64,000 nucleotides of DNA from Candidatus Poribacteria bacterium (lineage in GTDB: Bacteria; Poribacteria; WGA-4E; WGA-3G). Under the pieces are notes generated by a model. The model was not told the origin of the DNA and did no database searches. It saw nothing but the letters and a program-made list of their open reading frames with translations. The DNA lies in contig CBDANF010000002.1 of NCBI GenBank assembly GCA_965197475.1, positions 320,001 through 384,000 on the forward strand, written 5' to 3'. Within the stretch, counting starts at the first letter, position 1. Each line of letters starts with the position of its first letter. The position numbers were made by a program, and so were the translations under genes. Below are positions 1-10,896 of this stretch, one piece after another.

Positions 1-4
1 CGGA

Positions 5-1342
5 ATGGCATTCACACAGTTTGGCGGTACAGCCTATTGGGACATCGCTGGTGTCGCAACTACTCTTGGTGTGGTGACGAAGAATTCCCATGACGGTGCA
101 GTCATTAAAGCAATTCAAGTTGATCCCTTCGTCAGAACGACAAATCAACGAAAACAGATTACCGACTACTATAGACGAATTGCGCCTGCCCTCGACGGAA
201 TTCGCAACCAGATTGCCGAGCTGGAAAAACGCAAAAATGAAATCAGAGGCAAAAGTTCATACTCTCTAACAACCGTCTCGGTTCAACCTCGCACGACGCG
301 GATATTACCGAGAGGGAATTGGCTGGACGATTCGGGTGAAATTGTTGAACCGATGATACCAGAATTTATCGGAGATCTTGGTATTAAAAACCGCCGTCCG
401 ACCCGTCTTGATCTCGCGAAATGGGTAGTGTCAAGGAATAATCCTTTGACTGCTCGTACATTTGTCAATCGTCTCTGGGCACTCTATTTCGGAACTGGCA
501 TATCACGGGTGCTTGATGACCTCGGCGCACAAGGTGAACCGCCAATACATTCAGAGTTACTTGATTGGTTAGCAGTGGAGTTTATGGAAAGTGGGTGGAA
601 CGTCAAACACATGGTGAAACTCATTGTTTCTTCAAACGCCTATCGCCAGTCTTCAAAACCGAATGAAGTCCTGCGCGAAAAAGACCCTTACAACCGTCTT
701 GTCGCTCGCCAGTCACTTTGGCGATTGGATGCAGAAATCGTGCGTGATAATGCACTTCTGCTGAGTGGACTTCTCGTGCCGAAAATTGGTGGACCCAGTG
801 TTAGACCGTATCAACCAGTAGGATATTACTCAAACTTGAACTTCCCCAAGCGTAAATATGTGCATGACACTGGTGAAAGTCAATATCGCCGAGGGCTTTA
901 TATCCACTGGCAGCGTACCTTCTTGCATCCAAGCATGATGGCTTTCGATGCACCGAGTAGGCAGGAGTGTACGGCGGAAAGATCAACCTCCAACACGCCG
1001 ATGCAGGCACTTACGCTGCTCAATGATCCAACCTACGTTGAGGCAGCACGCGTGTTTGCAGCACGAATTATCAAAGAAGGTGGGCAGACCCCAGAAGACC
1101 GTATCAATTGGGCATTCCATCAAGCGTTGTCACGTCTGCCGCAGCCCAAAGAGTTAGAGGTTATGACAGGATTGTACGAAAAGCATAAAAACGAGTATAC
1201 TGATAATCCGGATGCTGCGAAAACATTAGCGGCAGTAGGTCAAACTTCTGCAACACAGAGTATTGAACCTATCGAACTTGCATCGTGGACCTCTGTCGCA
1301 CGGGTGATTTTGAACTTGCATGAGACGATTACTCGGTATTAA
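5..1342 (+). CDS. DUF1553 (PSD1)-domain protein, C-terminal part (gene probably starts before the window)
   Basis: Motifs RLDLAKW...NPLTARTFVNRLW...G, HSELLDWLAVEF, LIVSSNAYRQSS, RLDAEIVRDNAL, RRGLYI, FDAPSR, TPMQALTLLND; DUF1501 partner downstream. Confidence 0.9.
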   Translation: MAFTQFGGTAYWDIAGVATTLGVVTKNSHDGAVIKAIQVDPFVRTTNQRKQITDYYRRIAPALDGIRNQIAELEKRKNEIRGKSSYSLTTVSVQPRTTRILPRGNWLDDSGEIVEPMIPEFIGDLGIKNRRPTRLDLAKWVVSRNNPLTARTFVNRLWALYFGTGISRVLDDLGAQGEPPIHSELLDWLAVEFMESGWNVKHMVKLIVSSNAYRQSSKPNEVLREKDPYNRLVARQSLWRLDAEIVRDNALLLSGLLVPKIGGPSVRPYQPVGYYSNLNFPKRKYVHDTGESQYRRGLYIHWQRTFLHPSMMAFDAPSRQECTAERSTSNTPMQALTLLNDPTYVEAARVFAARIIKEGGQTPEDRINWAFHQALSRLPQPKELEVMTGLYEKHKNEYTDNPDAAKTLAAVGQTSATQSIEPIELASWTSVARVILNLHETITRY

Positions 1343-1362
1343 TCGTCAATTGTTTAAACCCG

Positions 1363-1385
1363 GTAGGCGCGGTTTTCAACCGCGC
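1363..1385 (+). repeat. REP-like palindrome with GTAG foot
   Basis: GTAG GCGCGGTT ttc AACCGCGC; 8-bp stem, intergenic. Confidence 0.5.
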
Positions 1386-1391
1386 TTTCAT

Positions 1392-2303
1392 TATAGTAAA
1401 TCCCGTAATTACTTATACACTTTTATAATATCATCAATAGAAGTCTGAGCATTGTATTGACGTATCCGCTTGATGTTGGCGAAATCCTTCTCAATCGGAT
1501 TCAACTCCGGTGAATACGGCGGTAAAAACAACAAACTCGCACCGCAATCCCGGATCAATGCTGCCGTCTGTGAACCTTTGTGGAAAGACGCATTATCCAT
1601 AATCACAACATGGCTATCGTCAAGCAATGGACACAACATTTCCGAAAGCCAACTGTTGAAGGCGACCGCATCGCAACTGCCCTTGAAAAGCACAGGTGCT
1701 GTGAAACATCCATCAAGCCGTGCCGCAATCAGCGTCGTGGTGTGGTATACCGATGGCTTGGCACTTTATCTTCAACACGGACACCTTTCGGGGCATAAGC
1801 ATACCGACGGAAAGTGGTTTCAGTGAAACCACTTTCGTCAAGATAAACCGGTTTTTTGCCATGCTCCTGTGTCTCTTGTTGAAGTGCCGAAAGATACTCT
1901 TGGCGTTTTATCGGACACTGTTCTTTGTAGGTCGTTGTCTTTTTTCGCGTAATATTGAGTTTTGAGAAGGCATAAAAGATGCCGTTTGTTGAAACACCGA
2001 AGTGTTTGGCACGTTCGGCGAGTGTGGAATCTGGGAAATCGGCAACATGTTGCTGAAGTGCGTCATAATCAATATCTCGGGGACCTTTGGGTCCCGGTTT
2101 TTCACAGGCGAAGGGGTCTTCTGCTTCCAACCAGTTATAGATCGTTCTTCTTGAGACACGAAAAGTGCGTTCTGCGGCGGCTTTACTGCCACCATTATTG
2201 ATGAAATCAAGCACGCGTTTGCGTCCATCTGTTGAATATGCCATAATCATAAAGGCTAACATAAATCACAGAAAATGTAAACTTATTTTCAGGATCTACT
2301 ATA
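1392..2303 (-). mobile_element. IS630-family insertion sequence
   Basis: Imperfect TIRs TATAGTAAATCCCGTAATTA / (rc) TATAGTAGATCCTGAAAATA, TA at both ends; encloses IS630 transposase. Confidence 0.9.
1409..2262 (-). pseudogene. IS630 transposase, frameshifted near 1742
   Basis: MAYSTDGRKRVL HTH, YLDESGF, VIMDNASFH, LPPYSPELNPIE; split over 1729..2262 and 1409..1693, frame break at YTT|TTLIAARLDG. Confidence 0.85.
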
Positions 2304-2405
2304 AGTATTGAAGAGATTCTTGGAGATTATCAATGAAATCCATTAATTTTAGTACGGACGGGACCTGTGCGGTAGGACTGAAAATTGACGATAGGAGGAA
2401 TAGGT

Positions 2406-3403
2406 ATGAGAATGGTATTGATTTTTTGTATGATTATCTTGCAGCTGATGTGTGTGCGGGTATGTCGGGTTTTAGCCGAAGCACCGACGACACCGAAAAT
2501 CCTGTTTACCTCCAGGCAGGATGGCAATTACGAAATCTACATGATGAATCCGGATGGCTCCGAACAGGTGAATCTCACGCAGCATCCTGCTATCGATCTT
2601 CAGGCAGCCTGGTCGCCGACGGGTGAGCAGATTCTGTTCGTCTCGGATCGCGGGGGCACGCGAGACCTGTATTTGATGGATGCCGATGGCAGGAATGTCC
2701 GCCGCGTCTTTAAGAAAAAAATAACCGCTTGGAGAACAGAACCTACCTGGTCGCCCGATAGCAAACAGTTTGCTTACCAGTGCAAGGACTGGAACCGCCG
2801 CATAAAAGGCGGTCTCTATCTTGGGACGTTTGGCGAAGAAGATGCCGAATTCATCGCGAATTACCATTCCCCGGTGTGGTCTCCCGATGGTTCAGAAATA
2901 GCCTGCTCTGAACATCACCCACTGGGGGCTCGACTTATGTTTATCAACGTCCGCACACGGGAGGCGGAACAACCGCTACCCGATGAAGCACTCCGCTGGC
3001 AATTCGAGCCGTCCTGGTCTGCTGCGGGGGACAGACTTGCCTTTGCTGGGAACAGGCACCCGTTGCCGGTCATCTTGGATAGGGAGCTGCACCGCGCATG
3101 GAAGAACAAACAGACGATCTACATCGTTAACCGAGACGGCACGGGTCTGCGGCAGCTTGTTGATGAAGCGGGCCCCATGCAGAGTATCCTGCGTTATCGC
3201 CAGACAGATCGGAAGTGCTTTATACACAGGGTAACGGGACATCCCAAATTTTCAAAGTTGATGTAAACAGCGGGGTTCGGACGCAGCTGACGCATATTCA
3301 AACGAATTTTAGCGGAGATTGGTTTGATCCTGCGTATGCGTTGCCGGTTTTACCTCAGTCAGAGTTGCTAACGATAACATGGGGAGAACTGAAAAAGGAT
3401 TGA
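2406..3403 (+). pseudogene. TolB-like PD40 beta-propeller secreted protein, frameshifted near 3175
   Basis: RBS AGGAGG then ATG 2406; signal peptide; repeats FTSRQDGNYEIY, AWSPTG, TWSPDS, VWSPDG; C-terminus in ORF 3215..3403 ending LLTITWGELKKD. The break could also be a sequencing error. Confidence 0.75.
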
Positions 3404-3454
3404 CTCAAATTATCCAACATTTTCCAAAGATTAGGAATAGGAGGTATCAGATAT

Positions 3455-4894
3455 ATGTTAAATGGTATAAATGAAGAAACTAAACTTCGTCTCACAAGAC
3501 GCACATTTTTAGGGAAAACAGTGCGTGGCATTGGCTCGCTTGCACTTGCATCTCTATTATCACCATCGTTGCTGAATGCTGCACCACAGATTGAAAGATG
3601 GTCCGGAATAATTGCCGAACCGCACGTGCCACCAAAAGCAAAGTGTGTAATCCACCTCTGCATGGCAGGTGGTCCCTCACATTTGGAGACTTTAGATTAT
3701 AAGCCGAAACTGGCGGAAATGCACGGTAAACCGATGCCGCAGTCATTCACGAAAGGTCAACCGATTGCGCAGCTTCAGGGTCAGGCAAACGCGCTCAAGT
3801 GTCTTGGACCAACTCACGAATTTAAAAAATGGGGAGAATCGGGACAGGAGATGAGTACGGCGTTTCCACACACCGGCGGACTCGCAGACGACATCTGCAT
3901 CGTGCGGTCTTTGCGAACCGAGCAGATTAATCACGATCCCGCGCACACCTTTATGAATACCGGCACTGCCATCTCAGGTAGACCCAGCATGGGATCGTGG
4001 CTGCTCTACGGACTTGGCAGTGACAACGAAAACCTGCCGGGGTACGTCGTCCTTGTCTCCTCTGGCGGCGGGCAGGACCAACCGATTGCAACCCGGCAGT
4101 GGCACAGTGGATTTCTGCCCGGACAATTTCAGGGTGTTCAGTTCCATTCAAGTGGCGACCCCGTTCATTATGTCTCAAGCCCTGGCGGTGTGAGTCAGGA
4201 ACAGCAGCATGACGTTGTTGGAGCAGTACAGACCTTGAACGGCATGTTAGATGAAACTGTTGACGACCCAACAATCTCGACGCGTATCAATCAATATGAG
4301 ATGGCATTTCGCATGCAGACCAGTGTCCCAGAATTGACCGATATATCCAAAGAACCGCAGGATATTCTTGATATGTATGGTGCCAAACCGGGGGGCGGGT
4401 CGTACGCATCAAACTGTCTACTTGCGAGAAGGCTAGCGGAACGCGGTGTACGCTTTATTCAACTCTACCATCGTGGATGGGATCACCACGGCGGAATCCA
4501 GAACGCCATTAAGACAACTGCCGGATATGTTGATAAGGCAACAGCAGCACTCGTTAACGATCTGAAACAACGCGGTATGTTAGATGAGACCTTAGTTATC
4601 TGGGGCGGTGAGTTCGGTCGGACTCCGATGGCACAAGGCAGCGGACGTGACCACCACATTAAGGGATTCTCAATGTGGATGGCAGGCGGCGGTGTCAAAG
4701 GCGGTATTAGTTACGGTAATACGGATGAACTCGGCTACAATGCGGTTGAAAACATCGTGCATGTCCATGACTTCCACGCCACAATGCTACATGTTTTGGG
4801 TATTGACCACGAGAAACTGACATACCGTTTCCAAGGTCGAGATTTCCGTCTCACAGACGTGCACGGACATGTTGTCCGCGATATTTTGGCATAA
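3455..4894 (+). CDS. DUF1501 family protein (Tat-like leader, sulfatase-like fold)
   Basis: LTRRTFLG leader; AGGPSHLETLDYKP, LLARRLAERGVRFIQL, GWDHH, WGGEFGRTP, GRDHH, HVHDFHATMLH. Confidence 0.92.
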   Translation: MLNGINEETKLRLTRRTFLGKTVRGIGSLALASLLSPSLLNAAPQIERWSGIIAEPHVPPKAKCVIHLCMAGGPSHLETLDYKPKLAEMHGKPMPQSFTKGQPIAQLQGQANALKCLGPTHEFKKWGESGQEMSTAFPHTGGLADDICIVRSLRTEQINHDPAHTFMNTGTAISGRPSMGSWLLYGLGSDNENLPGYVVLVSSGGGQDQPIATRQWHSGFLPGQFQGVQFHSSGDPVHYVSSPGGVSQEQQHDVVGAVQTLNGMLDETVDDPTISTRINQYEMAFRMQTSVPELTDISKEPQDILDMYGAKPGGGSYASNCLLARRLAERGVRFIQLYHRGWDHHGGIQNAIKTTAGYVDKATAALVNDLKQRGMLDETLVIWGGEFGRTPMAQGSGRDHHIKGFSMWMAGGGVKGGISYGNTDELGYNAVENIVHVHDFHATMLHVLGIDHEKLTYRFQGRDFRLTDVHGHVVRDILA

Positions 4895-4930
4895 GGTAAG
4901 AGACAAACTCTATGTGCCACACACCCAAAT

Positions 4931-5212
4931 ATGAAAAGCAAACCGCTTCAACTTCAATTTTATACGAAGTCGGATTGTCCACTTTGCGACGAGGCAAAAT
5001 CGGTGCTGCAAAGTATTGCAGCGAAACTGTCGTTTTTTGATGTGGAAGAGATTGACATTACGACAAATCTGGGTCTGTTTACAAAATATAAACTTCTAAT
5101 TCCAGTACTTGAACTGAATGGAAAGCAGCTTTTTGCACATCGCGTGGATACAAAAAAGTTGGTGTGGCAGTTAAGATGGCATCTGTTGCTAAGGCGTTTC
5201 ATTAGGAACTGA
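4931..5212 (+). CDS. Glutaredoxin-like protein (DUF836 type)
   Basis: YTKSDCPLCDEAK (CxxC), EEIDIT, IPVL. Confidence 0.8.
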   Translation: MKSKPLQLQFYTKSDCPLCDEAKSVLQSIAAKLSFFDVEEIDITTNLGLFTKYKLLIPVLELNGKQLFAHRVDTKKLVWQLRWHLLLRRFIRN

Positions 5213-5583
5213 GTGGGCGTTTAAATGATCCACCCGAAATATATTGTTGCTGTCTCTGCATTGATAAGCCATCAGAAAGAGGCAGGAGTTACGGCATCAA
5301 TTGGGGCACTGGTTGGTATTTCCTCAAACATCAAGTCTCCGATTAAATTGGCGTTTAGTTTTTTAGCCGATTAAGTCAGTGGTGAATTAGTTGAGGGTGT
5401 GCCTAATTATTTGGTCCAGCAACACAGACAGTAACGCATTTCAGGTGCCGCTTCATTTGTAGAAGTGCGTCTATAGTCGCGCAATTACGCGTCTCTTTAA
5501 TTTGTGTGCGGCACGCGGCGCGTGCCTATTACCTTTAAGTACACATCTAACACTGAATTATTTATGCACACCCTTCAACTAAT

Positions 5584-5925
5584 TTACCCCCACGAGGGTC
5601 GGTGTCCAGTTAACTTTTCTAAATACTCAGCCGTTCGCCGAACTTCCTCTTTAAGTTTTTTCTGTGCTTTCTGTTTCCCTGCCTCTTCAGTTCTGTATTG
5701 CACTCGATAGGTGCCTTTGTCCAGTCGCCGTAAAGCAAATTCACCAGAAACATTCCGGTTCACATACGCCAGCATGTCGTGCAACAACCAATAGACATCT
5801 GTCGGTGTGTACTCAAAGTGGCAGTGCTCGGATTTTTCCTTCACTTCATCGAGGGTTTTCTGCACTAACTCAACGACTTCAGCAAGGGTATAGGATTTAT
5901 TTTCTTCCAAATTAATCTTGTTCAT
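5584..5925 (-). CDS. Hypothetical protein
   Basis: Part of ORF 5584..5976; likely start MNKINLEE at 5925 with GGAG RBS, overlapping the XdhC-family stop. Confidence 0.55.
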   Translation of the reverse strand: MNKINLEENKSYTLAEVVELVQKTLDEVKEKSEHCHFEYTPTDVYWLLHDMLAYVNRNVSGEFALRRLDKGTYRVQYRTEEAGKQKAQKKLKEEVRRTAEYLEKLTGHRPSWG

Positions 5926-7042
5926 TTTCAACTCCTGACAATTTAATGGTAGGCATCCGCGCAGGTTGCGCTTCATAAGGTTGCACCTTCTCCATCCCGT
6001 TGCACACCTGAATTAGCTGGGAAGCAATGCTAACTGCTATCTCAGGCACAGTTTTGGAGTTAATATCCAATCCGATTGGTGCGTACACTCGCTGCAGCTT
6101 TTCCATAGGAATTCCAACCTCCAGCAGATCGTCAAAAATCAATTTTATTTTTCGACGGCTACCGATCAATCCGATGTACCGCGCGTCTGATTCAACAACG
6201 CTATGCAGTGCAGATTCATCGTGCTGGTGTCCACGTGTTACGATGACGACATAAGTTAAATGGTTAATGCGATATTTCCGAAGTTCCTCAGCAATGTCAC
6301 CGATGATAATTTCGTCCGCTTCAGGTAACCGCTCAGTTGAGGCAAAATCTGCCCGGTCATCAACGATAGCAATGTCGAAATCTAACCAACTTCCGAGGTG
6401 GCAAAGTGCCTGTCCAACATGCCCTGCCCCTGCAATTAGCAAAGTGGGTCGCGGTTGAAGCGGTTCCAAAAAAACGGATATCTTTTTATCTTTTTGAAAT
6501 ATAGACGGTCGGTTCCGCTCAAGAATGTCAGAGATTTCAGTTTCTACATCCGCTTCCAATGCAGAATTCCCCAATGTCCCTATACGGTCACCGTTCGTTC
6601 CGAAAACCATCTTCATACCAACATCTACACCGTTTTGTTCACTTTCCACAACTGTTGCACAGATAAGCGGCACCTTCTCGGCATTCAGTTTCTGTAGGCG
6701 GGTGAACATTTCAGCTTCCGAGCGAGTTTTCGGCAAATCTATAAATATTTTCATATTTCCGCCACAGATTAGACCATCGTCCCAACCGTAATCACTATCC
6801 AATTGAAACTCAAGCAAGCGAGGTTTACCGCCCTGCATTAGACCAATGGCTTGTCGGCGTGCTTCTGCTTCCACACAACCACCGCCAAGTGTGCCGATAT
6901 TCCGCAAATTCGGTAGAATCAGCAGTTTCGACCCCGGCTTTTGCGGTGTTGAACCTTTGGTCTCAATAACAGTACAGTAGGCACCGACTTGAGCCGATTC
7001 AATCAATTCTGAGATTTTTTGATATATTTCTCTCATCTGCAA
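5912..7042 (-). CDS. XdhC/CoxI family molybdenum-hydroxylase accessory protein
   Basis: GSTPQKPGSK, GTLGGGCVE, GLICGG, GAGHVG, VTRGHQHD, YIGLIGSRRK, APIGLDINSKTVPEIAVSI. Confidence 0.92.
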   Translation of the reverse strand: MQMREIYQKISELIESAQVGAYCTVIETKGSTPQKPGSKLLILPNLRNIGTLGGGCVEAEARRQAIGLMQGGKPRLLEFQLDSDYGWDDGLICGGNMKIFIDLPKTRSEAEMFTRLQKLNAEKVPLICATVVESEQNGVDVGMKMVFGTNGDRIGTLGNSALEADVETEISDILERNRPSIFQKDKKISVFLEPLQPRPTLLIAGAGHVGQALCHLGSWLDFDIAIVDDRADFASTERLPEADEIIIGDIAEELRKYRINHLTYVVIVTRGHQHDESALHSVVESDARYIGLIGSRRKIKLIFDDLLEVGIPMEKLQRVYAPIGLDINSKTVPEIAVSIASQLIQVCNGMEKVQPYEAQPARMPTIKLSGVENEQD

Positions 7043-7121
7043 TATACTTTTTCACTTGAGGAGCGATAAAATCAAGGATGACTCCTCGGTTTAAACCGTA
7101 GGTGAAGCTTGAAACTATATT

Positions 7122-8045
7122 TCAACTAAAGTTTTGGGCTGCTGCACTTTGTGCGATTAGTTGCTTAAATTGTCCGCGTTGCCGTTCTGTTAGTTCCAAT
7201 GGAATAATGTTTTCTATGCCGTTACTGCCAATTTTTGATGGGACATTCAGGAAAACTGATGTTGTGTCAGTTGAAATCAGCGCACCAACACTCATAACCC
7301 GTTTTTTATCAAGACTGATTGCTGAAACAACCTGCAAAATGTGACTTGCCAACGTATATTCACTTGCCGAAGTGTATGGACAACGAGCAGCTATCGCTGC
7401 TAATAGTTTTTGGATATCGGATTCATCCATCAATTGGGAAAGGGGAATCCCGTTAACCCTGCAATACTGCGGTAACGGATGCGTCACTTCATCATTTCCG
7501 ATTGCCAACGTGGACACATCCTTCACTGAGAGTCCAAGACGGTTCGCTATTTCAGATTTCAGATGCGCAGTGGAAACACCGTTTGCAATGCCGATCACGG
7601 TTTCTGTCCCGTGTGTCTGATGTATCCATGCCGAGATGTAGTTTGCAAAAGGCATGGCGACCAAAATTTTGGCATTCTGCACGTACTCCAGAATCTTCGG
7701 CACAATTTGACGAGCTATAGAAAGATTCGTTGTTTTCAATGCTTGTGCCGAGTGAAAACCAAAGGGTAATGCCGTAGGCAGCAGAACAACTATATCAGAA
7801 TCAGATAGTTCTTCACCAGAATTTGTGAATGAAATATCAGTGTCGCTTGCACTCATGGCAGTTGCAAAGGTAATATCCTCTACACCATCTGTAAGTGGTC
7901 GTGGGTTTCTCGAGAGGCGGTTTCCCGGTTTGCTACCGGATTGCGTGTCGGTGAAGAAAACGATTTTCTGAGCCAATTCTGAATGACATATACCCCAAGC
8001 AACTGTAAGTGCTAACTGGCTATGTCCTAACAATGCTATTTTCAT
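7122..8045 (-). CDS. Malate/lactate dehydrogenase-fold protein with degenerate active site
   Basis: MKIALLG, SDSDIVVL, IANRLGLSVKDV, VNGIPLSQL, LDKKRVMSV, VPSKIGSNGIENIIPLELTERQ match the MDH/LDH layout; catalytic motifs are altered. Confidence 0.75.
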   Translation of the reverse strand: MKIALLGHSQLALTVAWGICHSELAQKIVFFTDTQSGSKPGNRLSRNPRPLTDGVEDITFATAMSASDTDISFTNSGEELSDSDIVVLLPTALPFGFHSAQALKTTNLSIARQIVPKILEYVQNAKILVAMPFANYISAWIHQTHGTETVIGIANGVSTAHLKSEIANRLGLSVKDVSTLAIGNDEVTHPLPQYCRVNGIPLSQLMDESDIQKLLAAIAARCPYTSASEYTLASHILQVVSAISLDKKRVMSVGALISTDTTSVFLNVPSKIGSNGIENIIPLELTERQRGQFKQLIAQSAAAQNFS

Positions 8046-8056
8046 GCAGTTTGTTC

Positions 8057-10810
8057 CTATAAAAGAGTCCCAACAATTTCTTGAAATCGAGATTCAAGGT
8101 TTTCGCGTTGGACATCCATCTCAGAATTGGCTTTCAGTTTAGTTTGCAACAATTCATCGTAGCGTTCAACGTATTCCATTAAGTTTTCTACCTCTTTTTC
8201 ATAACATATTGCCGAAGTTAAAACCTTTTCCTTAACAACAACCGGAAGTTCTTCAGAAGTAATCTGTGTTAATTCCCAACGCCACACTTTTTCGGAAATA
8301 TAGGTAATAAACCGATCCAGAACTTCACCTTCATAACTACTTTTCTGAAGTTCTTGTACCTCTTGAATTAGTCCTAATACTTGGTTAAAAAGTGAATCGG
8401 ACAAAATATTGCGTAATTCCATCAAAATACGTCCCGTTGTTGAAATTGGCAGCTTATTTTGAAGCAGGAACACGCGGAGATTTGGATAGTCTTCCAAAGT
8501 TTTTATTTCGGTGAGCCACGTTTCACCTATTGAAGGGAGTTCACTTAAATCAAAACTCAATACTTGTTGCTTCCGAATTTCTTCAAGTTTAGCGGCACTC
8601 TTATTAAGTCCGGCGTTCGCGAGCGTACTAATAACCTCTGATTCACCATAAGGTTTCAAAAAGGCAATCATTTCACTGACTTTCGTCTGTTCTGCTTGAA
8701 TTGTCTCAGGTGTTGCGTTGCCGTTGCTACGCGCTTGATCAGAATTCCGTTTTTTACTTTTCCGTGTCGGGTTCGTAAGTCGACTGGCACGTTTTGTTAA
8801 CGTTTCATCGTACCTCACCAATTCTTCGCGCAGCAAAGAAAGCGTAACATCTCCATGGATTGCAAGTTTCTCCGCTGTCGCAATATCACGCAGGTTGTGT
8901 CCGGTTTTCACAACAAGTGCCCTATTCAGATTCCGCTCAAGCACTTTCCGATCCTTTTCGTTTTCAACGACAAGTTGGCTTCCCAAAGTGAGATTCATTA
9001 ATCGCTTCGTCTGATCTGGCACGCTGAGATTGATGTCACAAGTAGGTTGAAAATCCCCAAGGAGTTTCTCTCGTGATTTTCCATAAAGCACTAAGACCCA
9101 CAATGTTGTGTAATAAGTTTGGAGATTTTCAGATTCTCGTGGTGCTTGCTCAATCCACCGTTTTATGATCGGAAAATGATCTCCCACATGCGTCAAGAGT
9201 TCTTCAAATTCCGCGTCTGCAACCTCAAATCCTGGGAATTTTGATTGCGTTTGCCGATTCGTTCGGTTGTTTCGCTGTGCAGTCGCGGGTTTCGCAGCTA
9301 AGAGAATATTCTGAAGTGGCTGAATTACCTTTTCAAAATCTTGATTGTGCTGACTTGCATAGTTAGCGATTTCAAGAAAAGCCAGCCACACGTTCCGCAT
9401 TCTTTCAATTTGCATCGGATCCAAAGTGGAACGAAGACCGATCCGAGTCATCTTTTCCCGAACGGTACCAGATGTCCATTCAGGTAGATATATTTCGTCT
9501 TGCGGAATGTCATTCTCAAAGATGTTCAGTTCAACCGGGGTGACAAGTCCCTTAGCGATCAAATCCGTTTCAAAAACAAGGTCATGAAAAAGCCCTACTG
9601 CCTTATCTAATACCTGGCTCGTCAATGTATAACTTGATTGAATCATGTGGTTGAGCGTAAACTGTTGGTTCTCTTGTAGCTGCCAAAACTCAATCATCGG
9701 GTCAATGTTCTCTCTAAGGATATCTGTTTTTGTTGCTTCATCCTCAAAATGTTCGCCCAGATAATCGGCGTAGAAATCAGAAAACGCAAAAATCGTATTT
9801 CGCAATTCACGAATAACAAGGTCATCCCAAACTTTATTGTGAATACGTTGCCCACGATTGAGCATTAAAGCTCTCAACCGACTTTCAACACCTTGATGAA
9901 ATTGCGTCATCAACTGGTACGCATGCTGGGTCGCTTTGATCATATAGTCTTCAATTTTCGATGAACTTTCAACTATTGCCTCCTCAATTTCCTTAGTTGG
10001 CGCGCTGAATGCTATTGGAACAAGCCTTAGCACTTTGGGTTCAAGCGGATTGAAAATAGCTGCTGTTGATAAAACCCGCACAGATGGCTCGGTTTCAGAA
10101 TCATTATCATCTAAAAAGCGACTATGAAGCGTTAAACTGTATTCTAAATCAAAGAGATCAGGATAGTTTTTAATATGAGTCCGCAACACTACCAAAACCG
10201 TATCAAACCCATCTTTCTCAATCTCAGTCAACATCACGTCTTCGTTGAGATTTACTCGGTGGATATGAGTCTGTTCCGGAATAACGACCTTCACTGATGC
10301 AAAATCAGTGTCAGCGGTCTTTGCGAGTACAAAACCACCTGTTTTGATAGTACTCGGCACCATCAAACGGGATTGTAAAACCTCTTCAGTCAGTTCAGAA
10401 AGTGTAAGAGATTTTCCTAAGTGTTGTATCGTAATATTCGCAAGAACACCATCAGCAAAATCGGTGATTTGGCGTGTGTTGCGTTCTAACTCCTGGACAC
10501 TTTTGTGAACGCGGTCATAATCGTCAAGTGCAGAAGCCTGTACCTTCGCTTCATCAATCCAAGATACCCAAGCTCCTGGACGATGCTTCATTTTTAAGGT
10601 GAGTTTTCCATCTTCGGAATCAAAGCCTGGAAGTATCTGACTTTCGGAGGTGACTTTTGGTGTCCAGACAATCAGGTGTTTATTGTTTTTGCCACCGAGT
10701 CCAATTCCAAATGTGTCTCCCCAACTCATCCGACCTTCAACACTGGCTTTGATTTTATCAGTTAATGTAAAGAGTGATTTAGCGTGAAAATTTAGTGAAA
10801 TACCTTGCAT
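8057..10810 (-). CDS. Large hypothetical protein (917 aa, helical/coiled-coil rich)
   Basis: Long uninterrupted ORF co-oriented with neighbours; no family recognised. Confidence 0.8.
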   Translation of the reverse strand: MQGISLNFHAKSLFTLTDKIKASVEGRMSWGDTFGIGLGGKNNKHLIVWTPKVTSESQILPGFDSEDGKLTLKMKHRPGAWVSWIDEAKVQASALDDYDRVHKSVQELERNTRQITDFADGVLANITIQHLGKSLTLSELTEEVLQSRLMVPSTIKTGGFVLAKTADTDFASVKVVIPEQTHIHRVNLNEDVMLTEIEKDGFDTVLVVLRTHIKNYPDLFDLEYSLTLHSRFLDDNDSETEPSVRVLSTAAIFNPLEPKVLRLVPIAFSAPTKEIEEAIVESSSKIEDYMIKATQHAYQLMTQFHQGVESRLRALMLNRGQRIHNKVWDDLVIRELRNTIFAFSDFYADYLGEHFEDEATKTDILRENIDPMIEFWQLQENQQFTLNHMIQSSYTLTSQVLDKAVGLFHDLVFETDLIAKGLVTPVELNIFENDIPQDEIYLPEWTSGTVREKMTRIGLRSTLDPMQIERMRNVWLAFLEIANYASQHNQDFEKVIQPLQNILLAAKPATAQRNNRTNRQTQSKFPGFEVADAEFEELLTHVGDHFPIIKRWIEQAPRESENLQTYYTTLWVLVLYGKSREKLLGDFQPTCDINLSVPDQTKRLMNLTLGSQLVVENEKDRKVLERNLNRALVVKTGHNLRDIATAEKLAIHGDVTLSLLREELVRYDETLTKRASRLTNPTRKSKKRNSDQARSNGNATPETIQAEQTKVSEMIAFLKPYGESEVISTLANAGLNKSAAKLEEIRKQQVLSFDLSELPSIGETWLTEIKTLEDYPNLRVFLLQNKLPISTTGRILMELRNILSDSLFNQVLGLIQEVQELQKSSYEGEVLDRFITYISEKVWRWELTQITSEELPVVVKEKVLTSAICYEKEVENLMEYVERYDELLQTKLKANSEMDVQRENLESRFQEIVGTLL

Positions 10811-10896
10811 TGGATCAATTAGAACGTGTCCTCCATAATAGGTAATTTATCTATCGAAATATAATATTGATTTCGTAGATAATTATTAATAAGCAT

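Noticed and set aside
1729-1960. Programmed frameshift in the first IS630
   Set aside because: The A-rich RKKTT site is already in frame. The break near 1742 is not at an obvious slippery site, so it was treated as a lesion.
5220-5540. Possible ncRNA in the intergenic region
   Set aside because: Only small GC hairpins (e.g. GGCACGCGGCGCGTGCC) are visible; no tRNA or known RNA motif was recognised.
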